64,000 nt of DNA from Eledone cirrhosa (GCA_964016885.1 OZ024744.1:86738001-86802000); one strand, 5' to 3'. Shown: positions 40,000 through 54,744, numbered from the stretch's first letter. Notes: generated by a model not told the origin, from the letters alone. Program-made: numbers and translations.

Positions 40000-40140
40000 A
40001 ATTGTTTTTACTTTTGGCACAGGGCCAGCAATTAAACCAGTGCATTACTGGTACTTTATCGACCCCGTAAGGATGAAAGGCAAAGTTAACCTCGGCGGGA
40101 TTTGAACTCAGAACTCAGCAAAGGGCCATGACTCTATGCT
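40000..40140 (-). mobile_element. tRNA-derived SINE, partial
   Basis: Core domain and B box. Confidence 0.8.
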
Positions 40141-40686
40141 CAACTTCCAGGCAGGACTAGACAAGGGTTACATATATAGGTATATATAAACCTGAAGAGC
40201 AAATATTTATTATTAGACCAGATTATAAGTTTAAGAGAGAGAGAGAGGGGGGGGGGCTACAGAGAGAAATAACATTTAAAAAAATGAAAAGAAAGAAAGA
40301 AAAAGAGAAAAAAGAGAAGAAAAGAGGAACAACAATTGTCGGTCTCTGACCGTGTGCAGCTTCTGTTATACCAATGAGGCCCCCCAGAATTTACAGACAT
40401 ACAGAAACATATCAGGCAGCAGGGAGGATGCAAAACGCAAAGTATTAATGAGAATGTATAGTAAGAAACTCAGCTCAGCAGGGGTTATGGTAAATCTGAA
40501 ACAATATATCTACGGGTTGCCTTACGTCTGCTTGATTAAGCCTAACTAGATTCTACACAACAACACACCTATACACACACATTTATTTAAACATATATAT
40601 ATATATATATATGCCCGTCCACATATATTTATCATATGTTTATCTTTTTTGGTGGTCGTTTTATCACTACTCTCTCTGACTCTTCC

Positions 40687-40778
<92 letters not shown>

Positions 40779-40844
40779 ACTCTCTCTCTTTCACTTCCTC
40801 TCTCTCACTCTGTCTGTCTGTCTCTCTCTCTCTGTCTGTCTCTG

Positions 40845-40875
<31 letters not shown>

Positions 40876-41359
40876 GTGTGTGTCTCTCTCTCCCTGTCTT
40901 CCTGTCTCTGTCTCTGCCTCTCTCTCTGACTCTTCCTCTCTCTCTTTCTCTAACTCTTTCTCTCTTGGTCATTGTCTCTTTCTCACTTTCTCTCTTTCTC
41001 TGTCTTTGTCTTTGTCTATTTTTCTGTCTGTCTCTCCCGCTCTATAACTATCTCTCTCTTTTATGATTTTGTGTTCCAATCAACCAACTGTTGCTTTTAT
41101 CATCGGTCTTTATCAATGTTGGAGCTTTTCTCATGACATTCCCATTTTGAAGTCGGTTCCCAGTTTATCAGGTGCAATGAAGCACACTTCATGCACACAG
41201 GTATGTTGTTGAACATGTTGACAAAGGAAGTAACAAAGAACGGCACGTTTTGTTGAATTTTGTTTTTAAAAAAGCCGACAGTCGAAGTTTGGATTTTTCT
41301 TGGATTTTGTTGTGTTATTTTTATAGTATTATTTTTATAGTGTTATTTTTTAGAGTTTA

Positions 41360-41380
41360 TTTATCTATTTATTTATTCAT

Positions 41381-41477
<97 letters not shown>

Positions 41478-41535
41478 CATCTATCTCTTTCTCTATCTAT
41501 CTATCTCTATCTATATCTATCTATCCACCTCTCTT

Positions 41536-41608
<73 letters not shown>

Positions 41609-41637
41609 TTATCTATCTACCCCTATCTGTCTATCTA
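41360..41637. repeat. (CTAT)n microsatellite
   Basis: Direct observation. Confidence 0.95.
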
Positions 41638-42759
41638 AAAACGACAAACCAATTAGTTAAAAAGAGGAAAAAATAAAATAAAACTAGATAAAATAAAATA
41701 ATATCACGTGATTTTCCTATTCACTTTGAAGATGCTGTTTTACAAGGGCAAGATGGGTGTTTTTCTGGAGTCGGCGGAGCATAAACAAGTAAACAACGAA
41801 AGTACACGAAGCTATAAAATCATGGCCTGTAATCATTACTGCCGCTACATCTAACACTAACCCCATTCTATAACCACGCGAACATATACGCCGGTTTCAT
41901 ATTTTTTTATATGTATTTTCTATTCTGATAAATATATATATTTTTTTTCATTCCGTTCTCCTCCCTGATATTTCTCTCACTTGTTTCCAATACAGCCCCT
42001 AAAGTTTATCTAACAAACATAACGTAAACGTTATCTATAACAAGACCACCCGTGACCCGTTGGGTCAAGTTCACTTCGAAATATCATTTAAAAATCATGT
42101 TCAATTAAAAATAATTTTTGAATAATTAAAATATACACAGACATGTATATAATGTGAAATGAAACTGGAAGGCTCATATATATGTACGTGTGTGTATGTA
42201 TATATATAAATGTGTGTGATGTGTGTATATACATATATATATATATATATGTGTATATATATATATGTGGGTATCTGTGATCTATATAGACTGGTCGTAC
42301 ACACATATACACACACATACACAACAACACCAACAGCTCTCTTCCATTCTCTTTCTTTCTCCTCTCCCTCTCTCTATGTTTCTCTTGCAATCTTCTCTTT
42401 CACAACCACTATCTCTTTCTCTCTCTCTCTGTTTATGAAGGTACCCGGAAAAAACCCATATCTCGGGCACTCGTTTTCCGATTTACGCGAAACTTGTTTC
42501 ATTCTATTTGTATTCTCATTTCAGGGTCAACTTCCTTTCAAAGTAATTTCACATCATGCACCCTTTTGGCTGTGTTACATTACAGACAAGCAAGCAAGCA
42601 ATCACGCACGTTTTAGTAATATATAGATAGATATAATTTACATAAATTTATCTCCGTTCATTTCATTTTTCTGTCATATTCTCTCCTCTTTCTGTTATTA
42701 CATTTTAATTCACAATACAGTTGAATTTTCAGTTGAATTTTCCAAGGAAAATTCAACAT

Positions 42760-43004
42760 ATAAGTTAAATTCTTTGGCTATGTCAAAAAATTTATAAAAC
42801 ACACTTTGTATTTTATCTGATGAAAGCGTACCAAAGTTTTTGGTACCCTTGAAATATATATAATAGAATAAATATGGTTTTACAAATATAGTTTCCATTT
42901 ATTTAATATCATTGAATATTTACTCCAGAAATCGGCCGAGTGCTCTGAATCAGTTATAAACATTTATATTTGTTGAATTTCCAACAAATTAAATGTCCCT
43001 TCTG

Positions 43005-43010
<6 letters not shown>
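42760..43010 (+). mobile_element. Non-autonomous HHR-bearing element (family B) ending in (TA)n
   Basis: Reverse-complement homolog at 61625-61862; diverged homolog at 10905-11155. Confidence 0.75.
42809..42870 (+). ncRNA. Type I hammerhead ribozyme, family B
   Basis: TATTTTAT-CTGATGA-AAGCGTACCAAA(gtt)TTTGGTACCCTT-GAAA-TATATA-TA-ATAGAATA; 8-bp stem I, long stem II, palindromic stem III. Confidence 0.82.
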
Positions 43011-43054
<44 letters not shown>

Positions 43055-43186
43055 CTTCATAGCTTGAATGCTATAGTCAAAAGCAGTTCTATATAGATAT
43101 TTGTACATTTAATATTTCCGTCTCTCTCGAAAATCTCTCCCTCAACTGCCTATATATATACACACACACACACACGCATACATACA

Positions 43187-43292
<106 letters not shown>

Positions 43293-43668
43293 CAAACAGA
43301 GAGGGAGAGAAATGTGTCTCTGATTAAGTCATTATATTTCACCTGGAAAACAACAGCCTTTACGATTTTCTTGGAGAAAATTGCCAGCCCGGAGATGGGA
43401 GACTAACGTTCAAGGCTGACTACCGGGCCTTCCCTCTCCAAAATAATCTTCATATCTGGGATTGTACTTAAAGGTCTTCAAAAGTGAAAACGTAAGGTGG
43501 CGTACCAAAATATATTGCATTAAATTGCATACAATAAACCTAAGATACTCCAGTGTTTTATATCACCGACATTTGACCCATTTTCATATCAATTTCTCGT
43601 CCATAAAACCGTTAAAAACGAGGAAATATATTATTTATTAGCAAGAGTAATAGTGAAAAGAGTGAATG

Positions 43669-43700
<32 letters not shown>

Positions 43701-44545
43701 ACAACAGGACATTGATATGATATTGTCGGGGTTTGGGATCCATCGTCGAAACATACAATAAAAATTAGTGTGAAGAAGGAATAGGTAACGTATAATTAAC
43801 ATTGTGAATTCAGGTGTGTTTTAAGAAGCATATTGTATAAGTCATTACAAAGTTGTCGCAGTCCCAAGTCCGTGGTACCGTACCTATTAACAACATAGAA
43901 TTGATGCATGGTGGCAACATGAGTGTATGTTTACTAGCTAAAGTTATTTTATAATTGGACCATTGAAATAGCAACAAGTCTCAAAACCATTGAAGAGTGG
44001 GTTGATGTAGAATAATAGATGAAATGAATACATAGTAAGTAACAGTAACGTTTTATTTCATTGAAACGGTCACCCGATAACAGTGGTTGGTGAGCCATAA
44101 AAACAAACATACATGAATCTATATAAGACACAATGAAGGGAGCAATGACACCATTCAATGAAAAAATGTCAGCGTTATATCGACGCCCTAACTTAACAGG
44201 TAACTGAAGGTGAAATATACCGCCATGAAATGGAAGAGGTGGAAGGAAGGTTTCGTTAACACAGTTAAGAAATGTATTTCGTTGAAGTAAGTTACACGTT
44301 TGAAGTGATGAAAGTCGTGTAAAATGGTGGACAACAGCGACTATGACCCTTCGATTACCCTAAGTCACGAAACAAGCTGTCATTCAAACAACAACAACAA
44401 CATATATAACAATACCAAAAGTAAATAACGAAATCAAAGTGTGAATATATCTTTTTGGATGGCATGGAGCGTAAGGAATTCAATGCCTGTATAAACATAC
44501 AAATTGAAAACTATCTCTCTCTCTCTTTCTCTCTCTCTCTACACA

Positions 44546-44616
<71 letters not shown>

Positions 44617-45205
44617 ATAATATGAAATGTGAAGAGACTAAAATCCAAAGAGGGCGCGATATTGAAAGCAGCGATTCTTTGCTTTAATTTTAATCTGTTA
44701 TTTTAATATATATATAGAAAGAGAGAGAGAGACAGAGAGAGAGAGAGAGGGGGGGGAGAGAAAAGCTTCTACAGAACTAGTTTCATTCGTGAGAAATCAT
44801 GTGGTTACCCCCGATTCTACCCGGAATAACTTATATATATATATATATCGACAGTCGATCGACAAAATTTCAGACTTCATTCACTTAACCAGTGGAAGGA
44901 GGGGGAGTATGTGTGTGTGTGTGTGTGGTGGTGGGGGGGGGGGGGGGGGGGGGGTAGCTCGTCAAATCGGACCAAGGAAACAACGTTTCCATTGGTCTCT
45001 CCAGTCGCTAACATTTTCAGTCGGTCGCAACTTGGGAAACGCAAATGATATAAGCAAATGCTCGGAAAAATTAATTAATTCTTTCTTATTAATTCTTTCT
45101 TTGAACAAAATTGGTATTATGTTTGACTCACTCATATGTATGTTTGGACTTGTGTATATATGTATATATCGTCAGTATATTTGTTACATATACTTACATA
45201 CTTAT

Positions 45206-45251
<46 letters not shown>

Positions 45252-45450
45252 TGTTATACTTAGGGAGGGTCATATTTGTGTAATAATATTGCCAGAATTA
45301 ATAACAGAACACACTCACTGTTTGGTTGGTTTTCGCTTCTGTGTCTTTTATATCGGTTAATTTTATTTATCCGGTCCTCAATGTTACCAATGACTGACCA
45401 ACGATCAAAAATACAGATACAATATAGACACAAACACATATATATAGTCT

Positions 45451-45492
45451 AACAAATTATTTCATTGCACATCTGCAACATCGTCAGTGGTG
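45451..45492 (-). ncRNA. Minimal type I HHR in pLTR, partly decayed
   Basis: CTGACGA-T-GTTGCA(gatg)TGCAAT-GAAA-TAAT-TT. Confidence 0.6.
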
Positions 45493-45774
45493 CTATTATG
45501 TTTCCTCTCGTTGTAGTGTATGCCTACGCCATCTTTATTTAGTTTGTTTATTTATTTATTTTTTTTTTTTTTTGTCTTCTCTGTCCATGCGTTTGTGTGT
45601 GTGTATAGTGTTTTGTTTGATGTGTGTTCGTGATTGGGTGACTGTGTATTAGTTAATGTATTCTATCTTTACTAGTGTGTGTTTATATGTGTTTGCTGTT
45701 ATTGTGCTTGTGTATGTATTTATTTATTTATACTTCTCTTAGGTCAGTGTTGTTTGTTTGGGTGTTGTTGTTAT

Positions 45775-48700
45775 TCCATTCATTTTTTCTGTTTAGCCTT
45801 CGTCTTCTAAGTTCTATTTCACAGGCCTCTCTGATTTGCCTATCTGCTGGGTCATTTCTATGTTTAGATATTATTCTAATTTCTATGTTGTCTATGTTAC
45901 CGTCGTGTTGTTGTCTGGCATATTCGTATAGTACTGAACCATTTTTTCGTCCTTTTAGTAGTGTTGGTCTATCTACCTATGCTACGAGCTGTCTCACCTA
46001 TGTATGTTGTTGTCATGTTTCTGCAAGTACCCTCTGTACATCTTATGCTATAGACTACGTTTCTAGTTTTACAGTTTATCCGGGGGTTTACTTTACATAT
46101 GATACATTTCCTATTAGTACAGTGGGTTTTCTTAAAAGGGTATGTTTTGCTGATCAAGGATTTTATGGTGGTTCCTGGCTTTTCTACCACCTTAATCTTT
46201 AAGTGGGTATTTCTAGAGGGCCTTTCTACACTGGTTAGCTAATTTCCCTCCAGGGGTAGCGTCCACAAACATGACACCCTGGTATCTCTGGTTATTCTAC
46301 CATGTGGTGGTTTTCCCTATCTTATGTCTAGTCCTATCTAAGCTATTCCATAATTTGCTCCTGTATAATGGGCAAATTCCTTTCATGTCCAGTTCTATGA
46401 GGGTCTTATACTTCTCCGTGGGTCCTTCGTATACTCTGATTCTGTCTCTTTGGTTCTAGGCAGAGAACTGCATGCGGTTGATGAAGTGTTGGATGTGTCT
46501 TTCCATTTCTGTTGGGTCGCACATGCGGGACACGTTCTTCATCACTCGTACCATGTCTGCGATCAGAATATTAAACTTAGCACTACTGGACATTGCTGAG
46601 TTTTTGAGTATCAGGTATTTGGAGGCCATGGGTTTAGCATAGTGTGAGTGGAGAATTTCGGCTCTCTCGTCTATAGTGTTAATCCAGAGTTCCGTGTATA
46701 ATACAGGTAGTCTATTGTTAGGGTGTTTGGAAGGGTAGTCGATAGTTACAGTTATACTCTGGTGTATGGAATTAGCTATCTGCTGGATGCTTTCCATTGT
46801 GCTACGTTCTAAATCAAACTTGTTAGTGCTCTCTTGTGGGGATGTCCTTATTACTATATTGATGTCGTCTACGTAACGAGAGTACATGATGAGGTCTATG
46901 GAGCTCTCATGAAGGAAATCTTTGAGTCTCCTTTCCCACCATACCATAAAAAGGTTGGCAACGTCACCAGCTATGGTGCCGCCAATGGCTGCTCTCTCAT
47001 TTTGGGTGTAGATCTTCTCGTTGAATTTGAATATGTGGTCCTTTAGGGTAGTTTTGATACTAGCCTCTATTGCATGTGCGACCATTTTTCTTACCTGATC
47101 ATTATTTTGGGTGGTCCGTATAGCTTTGGTCCACCCAATCCACCTTCCCATGCGAGTCTTTTTTGCCATTGAGGTAATGGTGGGGGTGTCTTCCGCTTAT
47201 AGGTAACTGGGGCAGAAACGTCTAAGGTCATGGCTGTCTAGGTAGTCAGTGTCGTAGGTAAGTCTAAGTAGGAGGCCCAGTTCGTCTGTGTCGACGTTGC
47301 AGAACTCCACCTCACTCTCAATAATCAATTCCACACATTTTTCCACAGCAAAATCAATGTTAATGGATAGGTACAGTGATACCACATCCATACTGCCTAT
47401 TATGCAGTTGGATAGGTTCCTGTTTTTGTTACACTCACTGATTCTGCTGAGGAGGTCCTCTGTACTGTCACATACATCTGGGGACATCTTGATTATGGGG
47501 TGTTTAACCATTGAGAGGAAGTAGGAGATCCTGTAGTTGCTAGCTATATTTGCTCCGCATACAGGTCTTTTTGGTGGTCCTGTTGTCGGGTCGTCGACTG
47601 TCTTGTGGTCTTTGCGGAGCCCATACAAGGGTGGTATGCCATTGTTAGACGCCTGGAAGTTGTTGGCAGTGCGTCTGCTTGGCTTTAGGATGTTTGTCCA
47701 CATCATCATGTGAGCGTTGAGGATTTTCTCTCTCCCATCATGTATTTGCTGTGCAATTTCGCTCGTATTTGTGATATGGGGTTGCATAGCCTTGATGTAG
47801 TTCGGCATGCTGTCTATTGACATCCTACCAGACTTATCCGTGGGTAGACATACTACCTCACCATCCCTTGTGCGCTGCTTGAGGCTAACCAAGCCTTCTA
47901 CAGGTTTCCTCCCAAGTTGTTGGACTTCTGGTCTGCTCTGTCTCTTAGGTACCGGTCTGCTATTTGTCTAATCTTATTTCTAGCTATGGTAAACTGTGCC
48001 TCAGTCTCGTCGTTCTATTTGTTGTGGTATGCAAACCCTTTTATTAAAGGGTAACCTCGTAGGATAGATATTACCCATCTTATATGTTTTGTCAGCTGGG
48101 TTGGAGAATAGTTTCTATCGTCATTTGTTGTGTGTGTTGCTATTATTGTTATTATGGTGGTTGTTGTTGTTCCTATCATTAGCATTATTATTATTGTTAT
48201 GATTGCTAGATGTATTGTTGCTGTGATTGTTAGATGTATTGTTGTTGTTTTCTCCACAGTTATTGTTGTTGTTACTGTTATTTCTACCATTGTAGTTGTT
48301 ACTTTTATTATGTTTCTTGTTTTTGTTGTTGTTGTGTCTATCCTTAATGTTGCTACATATATTATTTCTAGTATTACTACTGTGGTTGTTGTTGTTGTTA
48401 CTCGTATTGTTACCGTTATTACTACTGTGGTCGCTGCTGCTGTGTCTGTCGTTAATGTTTCTATTATTATTATTATTATTGTGGTTGTTGTTGTTGTTCT
48501 GTCTATCGTTAATATTATTACCATTATTACTATTTCTCACTCTCCTGCTATTGTTATTGTTATGACTATTACTATTATAGCTGTTATTTCTATATTCAGA
48601 GTTATTGTTTATATTACTACTATCGTTATTATTGTTGTTATTGTCCGTATAGTTGTTGTTTACTTTTGCATTCCAACGTATTTTTGTGAAACACTTTTCC

Positions 48701-49340
48701 AGCTCCGTTATGCACTCAATAGGGTTAATCTTTTTGTAGGTGGCAAATCTTGGTGGTAGCTGCAGGATTTGTTGTTCTTGTTCACTGATTAAAGTGTTCC
48801 CTTAAATATTTACTGAGTGGTCATTGGTAAATTCTTCCGGTAGTTCTACATCAGCCATACGGATATTGTTGATGTTATCTGGATATTTTTGTGAATATTC
48901 TATTTTTCTTTCTTCTAGTTTTATCTTATTCATCCATTCTAATTTCTTATTGAAATGCCTATTGCATTCGTTTCGGGCGTATTTCATTTCACGTCGAATG
49001 ACGCTCATGAAGTCATCCCTCTCGTTTGGTGTGGTGAGATTTCGAACTTCCTTACCTTACCGTTAATGCGTTCATTAACTTTTGTGTATGTTGTTCTTTT
49101 CATATTAACTGTTATTGTATGTTTTAGTCGTTCAGCTTGTGTTTTGTTAAATAATAAATTATTTACTTGTTATGATATGTTTGTTGTGTATATTTTGAAG
49201 GAAAAACAATGTTTTAAGAAGCAGATTTGCTCTGTTGTTATTGTAGTTTTTATATAACAGAAAACAGTGTCTTTCAATAACCTTTCAGCTTGGCACAAGC
49301 TAATGCCATAACGGCGATGAATTAGTTTTGCGAGGTTTTT
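45775..49340 (-). pseudogene. Penelope polyprotein remnant (RT + GIY-YIG)
   Basis: ORF pieces 48802-49008, 48121-48540, 47197-47892, 46456-47169 and 45969-46190 are collinear and separated by stops/frameshifts. Confidence 0.9.
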
Positions 49341-49730
49341 GATATTTATGTATATATGGAAAAGGCAAACACAAATAGCAAAGCAGACGACACGTTACAA
49401 AAAGAAAAAAAATATTAGTTTTATTCTTGATATAGAAGGAAAGGTGTCTTAACGTTTCGGCTTCTTGTTCTTCATCAGAAAATAGAATGAGAGATTAAAA
49501 AAGAAATAGAAAGATTGAGGAGACTGGGCAATGGCAGAAATGAAAACATTTTTCTAGAATAAAAGCAGGTCTATTCATGCCGCCATCTCTTGAAAAACTG
49601 TTGACGCTGGCATTTTGTTTAAGATGAACTTGTTTTAAAAGACAGTGATCGGACGCGTCTAGGTGAAAAGCAAAATAATATTTTTTATATAGAACTGTGT
49701 TAGTGGGCATGCCTGTGCGTGTGTCCATGT

Positions 49731-49766
<36 letters not shown>

Positions 49767-49887
49767 TGTGTGTGTGTGTCATTCGTCCGTATGAAGCTGA
49801 GAAGATGTTTGTATATATGTAAGTTTAAGAGAGAGTGTGTGTGTGTTTGTAGGTATGAAGCTGAGCGCAGATATGTATATATATGTG

Positions 49888-49927
<40 letters not shown>

Positions 49928-50139
49928 ATGTGTGTTTGTGTGAGTAAGTTGCTGGTTGTGAAGGTGTGTGTAAAGTGGATGCTATAAGGTGATAGTGAGA
50001 TACTGTGAGATAACTAATTATTGAAACTGAAAATCAAACATGGCCTTCACTAGTTATACAGGTATGAGGAACCATACTCTCATAGCTTCCACCCAGGACA
50101 GCGTGGGAGGTCCATTCTGTGGTCTGTCAACATGGAGAA

Positions 50140-50330
50140 AATAATTGTTTCTACTTTAGGCACAAGGCCAGCAAATTATTCCAGTGTATTACTGGTACTT
50201 TATTTTATCGACACCGTAAGGATGAAAGGCAAAGTTAACCTCGGCGGGATATGAACTCAGACTACAAACGGCCGTAACTCTATGATGCAAAGAATGGCGT
50301 CCCACCCTCTACCGATACTGCCAATCCACC
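50140..50330 (-). mobile_element. tRNA-derived SINE
   Basis: A box, B box-like motif, core domain. Confidence 0.85.
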
Positions 50331-50639
50331 ACTATGCAGGTGCTATCAGGAGTAAGTAATTTACAGATGGTTATCACATTGATTTTCGGTGAGACTCTCG
50401 TTAAATATTATCTGGTTTATTCTAGCTAGGAGTGCGTTCAGATTTGTTATTTTGGGGATTGCAAACAGATATGAATTATAATATTTTGCAGGGGGTGTGA
50501 ATCTAAATTCCTAGAATTTGTACCGTTATTTTTATTGAAGTAGATTACGCCGTGTTATTAATCATAAACATGGTCACTATTTTGTGAATGAACGGGGGAC
50601 GTTCAAAGAATATATAGTTACAATATTAAAGGTAACCTG

Positions 50640-50860
50640 GGGAGGGCGGTGGATTGGCAGTATCGTTAGAGAGTCGCACGCCATGCTTTGCAGCAAAGAG
50701 TTACGGCTCTTTATGATCCGAATGCAAATCCCGCCGAGGTTAACTTTGCCTTTCATCCTCATGGGGTCGTTAAAATAAAGTACCTGTCATGCACTGGGGT
50801 CGATTTAATCGACTTTCTCCTCCCCAAATCACTGGCCTTGTGCCTATATAAGAAACCAAT
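50640..50860 (+). mobile_element. tRNA-derived SINE
   Basis: GGCGGTGGATTGGCAGTATCG head and core domain. Confidence 0.85.
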
Positions 50861-51349
50861 ATTAAAGGTAACCTGACATTATATGAAACCGCACTTGCTC
50901 AGTTTCGTAGACTATATACTGAGTTTCTTTTACGATATATGGTCCTTTCTCTCTCTATATATATACATATATATTTTTCATTTGGTTTATTATGGCTTTA
51001 GATAAAGTCTATTGAGCTTGCTTATTGAGAAACACAAAATTCTAAACATATTTGATATGTTTTGATTCATCATTCGTATGTATATATATATATACAGTCT
51101 AAAATCTTTTCCTGAGTCCAACCATTTTCGTTGCTATGACAATGCGGCTGGACTGCCGATCGCTATATTTGATTTGCAAAGCTGTCTAAATGTATTGTTA
51201 TTACTCTGGGGTATTATTCTCTATCGAGTGCTAAAGCTACATTCCGAATTTGAATTTGTTAGCTTAGACGCAGCCTAAAGCTTCGTTAATGCTGTACTAA
51301 AATTTGTATATATATAGTAATAATAATACATTTGAAGAGGGCTCGATAA

Positions 51350-51454
<105 letters not shown>

Positions 51455-51511
51455 GGAGGATTAATAGATAGTTAGATAGATGGAGAGATAGATAGATAGA
51501 TAGATAGACAA

Positions 51512-51546
<35 letters not shown>

Positions 51547-52023
51547 CTTAGATAGATAGATGAAGGAAAAGGTGGAATCTAAGCTAAGAAGATGTCGTCG
51601 TCATCATACTGTAATTTAGTATGATTTAACCATGACAGCACCACATTTATTCTATTGACATGTAAATGAATCACATTTTAACCCCAACATATGCTTTTAT
51701 CTATATTTTCCCTTACACCGATACAATAGAAGAGGCACCTCCTACGCCGCTTAACTTGTCATTTTTTTACTATTTTATTTCAAATGACCGGCGGCTGTCA
51801 AATCGGGGATCAATAAGCAATTTCACCACACATACAATCACATACATGCAAATCCACATATAACTCCACATACATAAATGCAAACATTGTAATGGAGTGC
51901 GGGTTTAAAACCAAAAATCATTTTTTTTTCTTTTTCACATATGTCGCCTGTAATAGGATTATATATGTTGAACATGTAATATATAGGATGTATAATAATC
52001 AATATACACATACATACATGCAT

Positions 52024-52055
<32 letters not shown>

Positions 52056-52124
52056 TAATATATTATCCACTTTATAGTATATATATGTATATACATACAT
52101 GCACACATATATATATATAAATAA

Positions 52125-52227
<103 letters not shown>

Positions 52228-52626
52228 AGGCTAGCAGCCGAAATGTTTGATAAAGCTATATCTGTATACATACAAAGTGTGTAACCGGGACTACACCAAC
52301 GTCTATAAATATATATACATATCTATTCTATTATGTTGGCCTGTCAGAAAATACGAAATTCCGTGTAAATTAAAAGATTGATAAGCAATTTTAATCAAGT
52401 TTCGGGTCTAATTGGACCCTCAACAACCGCAAGAAATCATGTATCTGATGAGTATATTTATCAATTATTTCCCAGTACTGTATTTGTCTGCAAGAACGTA
52501 AGGAAATTTCATATGATTAGCCCTCCTGTTAGTAATTAATTAAGATATATATGTTGAGAAGTGTGGTAGCAGCCGAAGTGTATGAGTTATATCTGTATAA
52601 ATAGTGAGTAACCATAACTGCACCAC

Positions 52627-52684
<58 letters not shown>

Positions 52685-52884
52685 TATATATATATATGAA
52701 CAAATTATATGCAAATTATTACGTCCATTTCAGGATAAAACTAAAAGAAAACGAGTATATATACTCATGAAATGCTTGTTTCATTACGGTTAATCCAAAC
52801 TGATCAGAAAATCGATTAAAGATGTTTATCATTTTTCCAATTTTCAGGAAAATTTGTATCTTCTTGCATGCTTATATATATATA

Positions 52885-53104
52885 CTAGCTTGGCCCGTCC
52901 GGCTGGCATCCGGCTAGGTATACCTGCCCCCACCACTCCACTGCAAAGATACTACATACCCTCTCGTGTAACATTGTCCTTCCGACTTCGTAGCAAAGGG
53001 AAGAGCTACCGTAGAAATGAGTTTAAAAAGAAAGGGTTAAGCTGTGTTGTTAATATACATACATACATACAGAAATATACGACTGTCAGCTTTATAAGTA
53101 TAGA
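52885..53104 (-). mobile_element. Complete 220-bp non-autonomous Helitron
   Basis: Minus strand starts A|TCTATACTTATAAAGCTGAC and ends CCGGATGCCAGCCGG hairpin ... CTAG|T; inserted at AT. Confidence 0.75.
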
Positions 53105-53450
53105 TATGTGTGTGTGTTTGTGTATGTGTATGTGTGTTTGGGTATGTGTGTATGTGCATGTGTGTCTGTGTGTTTTGTTATGATATTATCCGGCAATTGG
53201 CGAAATCAGGTGTGAAAGTATGTGTATTTGTGTGTGGGGGGGGGGGGGGGGGGTACGCGCGTGCGCGTGTGTGTGTTACTTTTGCGAACGACGACAGATG
53301 AAAGCTATACTACGGAAATAAACGTTATTTTTCAATCACCGCTACATTTGATCATACACATTGTTTATTTCAAAATTATTTTAATGCTGATACTTGATTT
53401 AACGTCATTGGAAAAACGGTCACTTGCTGGTCCCCATGTCTCTCTCTGTC

Positions 53451-53481
<31 letters not shown>

Positions 53482-54084
53482 TTCACTCTCTCTCTCTGAA
53501 TAACTAGCACTTTAATTGTATCTCTCTCTGTCTAACGGCCTTTCTCTTTCTTTTCCCCTCCCTCTTTTTTTCTGTCTCTCTCTGTAGATGTGTGTGTGTG
53601 TAGTTTTCCTAATCTTTCTCTAAATCTCTCTCTCTATGTATATATATTGAAGGGAGATACGGAAACTAAAACAGCGTTGTCATATAGAGAGTGAAGTGCG
53701 ACAGAGAGAGAGTAAAGCAGTTAAATTATAGAGAGAGGGAAGAGCGACGGAGAGAGTGAAGCTAAGAAAGTATAGGGAGGTGTGTAGGATACATACATAC
53801 ATACATAATACATACGACGCTCAGCCTTTATATTTTATAGTTGTGACGGTAAACAAAAAACAAATAAACAACGTGGAAGCGAAGAGGCACTACAAAATGT
53901 TAATATTAGTTTCATATATATATATATGGTTTTTGTTGTGATAACATTGGTCTGAGGATCAGGTAGTTTTGGAATCTGGTCTGGAGCGTCAATCCGGATC
54001 ACGAGCCAGCTGTTTGGGAAACATTTGTAACCAGGATTGTCAATAAATCTCGTATGTAGCTACCCTATTTAGTTTTTATCATAT

Positions 54085-54114
<30 letters not shown>

Positions 54115-54115
<1 letters not shown>

Positions 54116-54303
54116 ATTGTTTCTACTTTTGGCACAAGGCCAGCAATTCACCAGTGCATTACTGGTACTTTATTTTATCGACCCTGTAAGGATGAAAGGC
54201 AAAGCTAACCTCGGCGGGATTTGAACTCAGAATGGCAAGGGCCGTAACTCTATTCGTCAAAGCATTGCGTCCGTCCCTCTACCGATACTGCCAAACCATC
54301 GCC
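54115..54303 (-). mobile_element. tRNA-derived SINE
   Basis: Core domain, B box, head. Confidence 0.85.
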
Positions 54304-54744
54304 TGGTCTGTGAGCATGTGATACATGCATATGTGAACGTAAGGTGGCCGATTGTTTAAGAAGTTCGCTTCGCAACCATTAGGTCATGAGTTCACTTTTA
54401 CTGTGGGACATCTTGGGCAAGAGTAATTTATAGAACATATGTTTGTGTGATGCTCAGTCACTGAGCATTAATTTCATGAGTAGGCTGTTCCATTGATCGA
54501 ACCGAGCGATTGAGACACTCAGCGTCGAAATCGACGGGGTTCTCTTCCATGTAATAGAAATATTTTAGATGATTAAATATATTGTAAAATGTGTGCATGT
54601 GTGTATGCCCTTGTGTGTAAGTCTGTGTGTTTGGTCCTTGTTTATTTGTATACATTTTGTTAATTTCTAAAAGGAAAAATAAATGTTCAATGCAATCCAA
54701 ACCAGATGGTAAAAACATTTGGGATGCCATCCTGTCTAACATGG

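Larger units (their letters stand above)
45248..49345 (-). mobile_element. Near full-length decayed Penelope-like element (second family)
   Basis: N-term IKNLAKLIHRRY..QICFLKHC, Asn-rich insert, PTDKSGR, SMDVVSLYLSI, YSRYVDDI, NVVYSIRC..YIGETARSIGR; pLTR with HHR at 45248-45560. Confidence 0.92.

Noticed and set aside
43340-43490. Candidate exon in a unique-looking island
   Set aside because: All minus-strand frames between the plausible splice sites contain stops, and the plus-strand peptide has no recognisable homology
44299-44388. TGATGA ... GAAA-CAAGCTG-TC with TTTGAA/TTCAAA flanks
   Set aside because: C3 is absent and stem II has no closing pair; could be chance
49447-49481. CTGATGA...GAAACGTTA on minus strand near the PLE 5' end
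   Set aside because: Stem II does not pair; at most a relic
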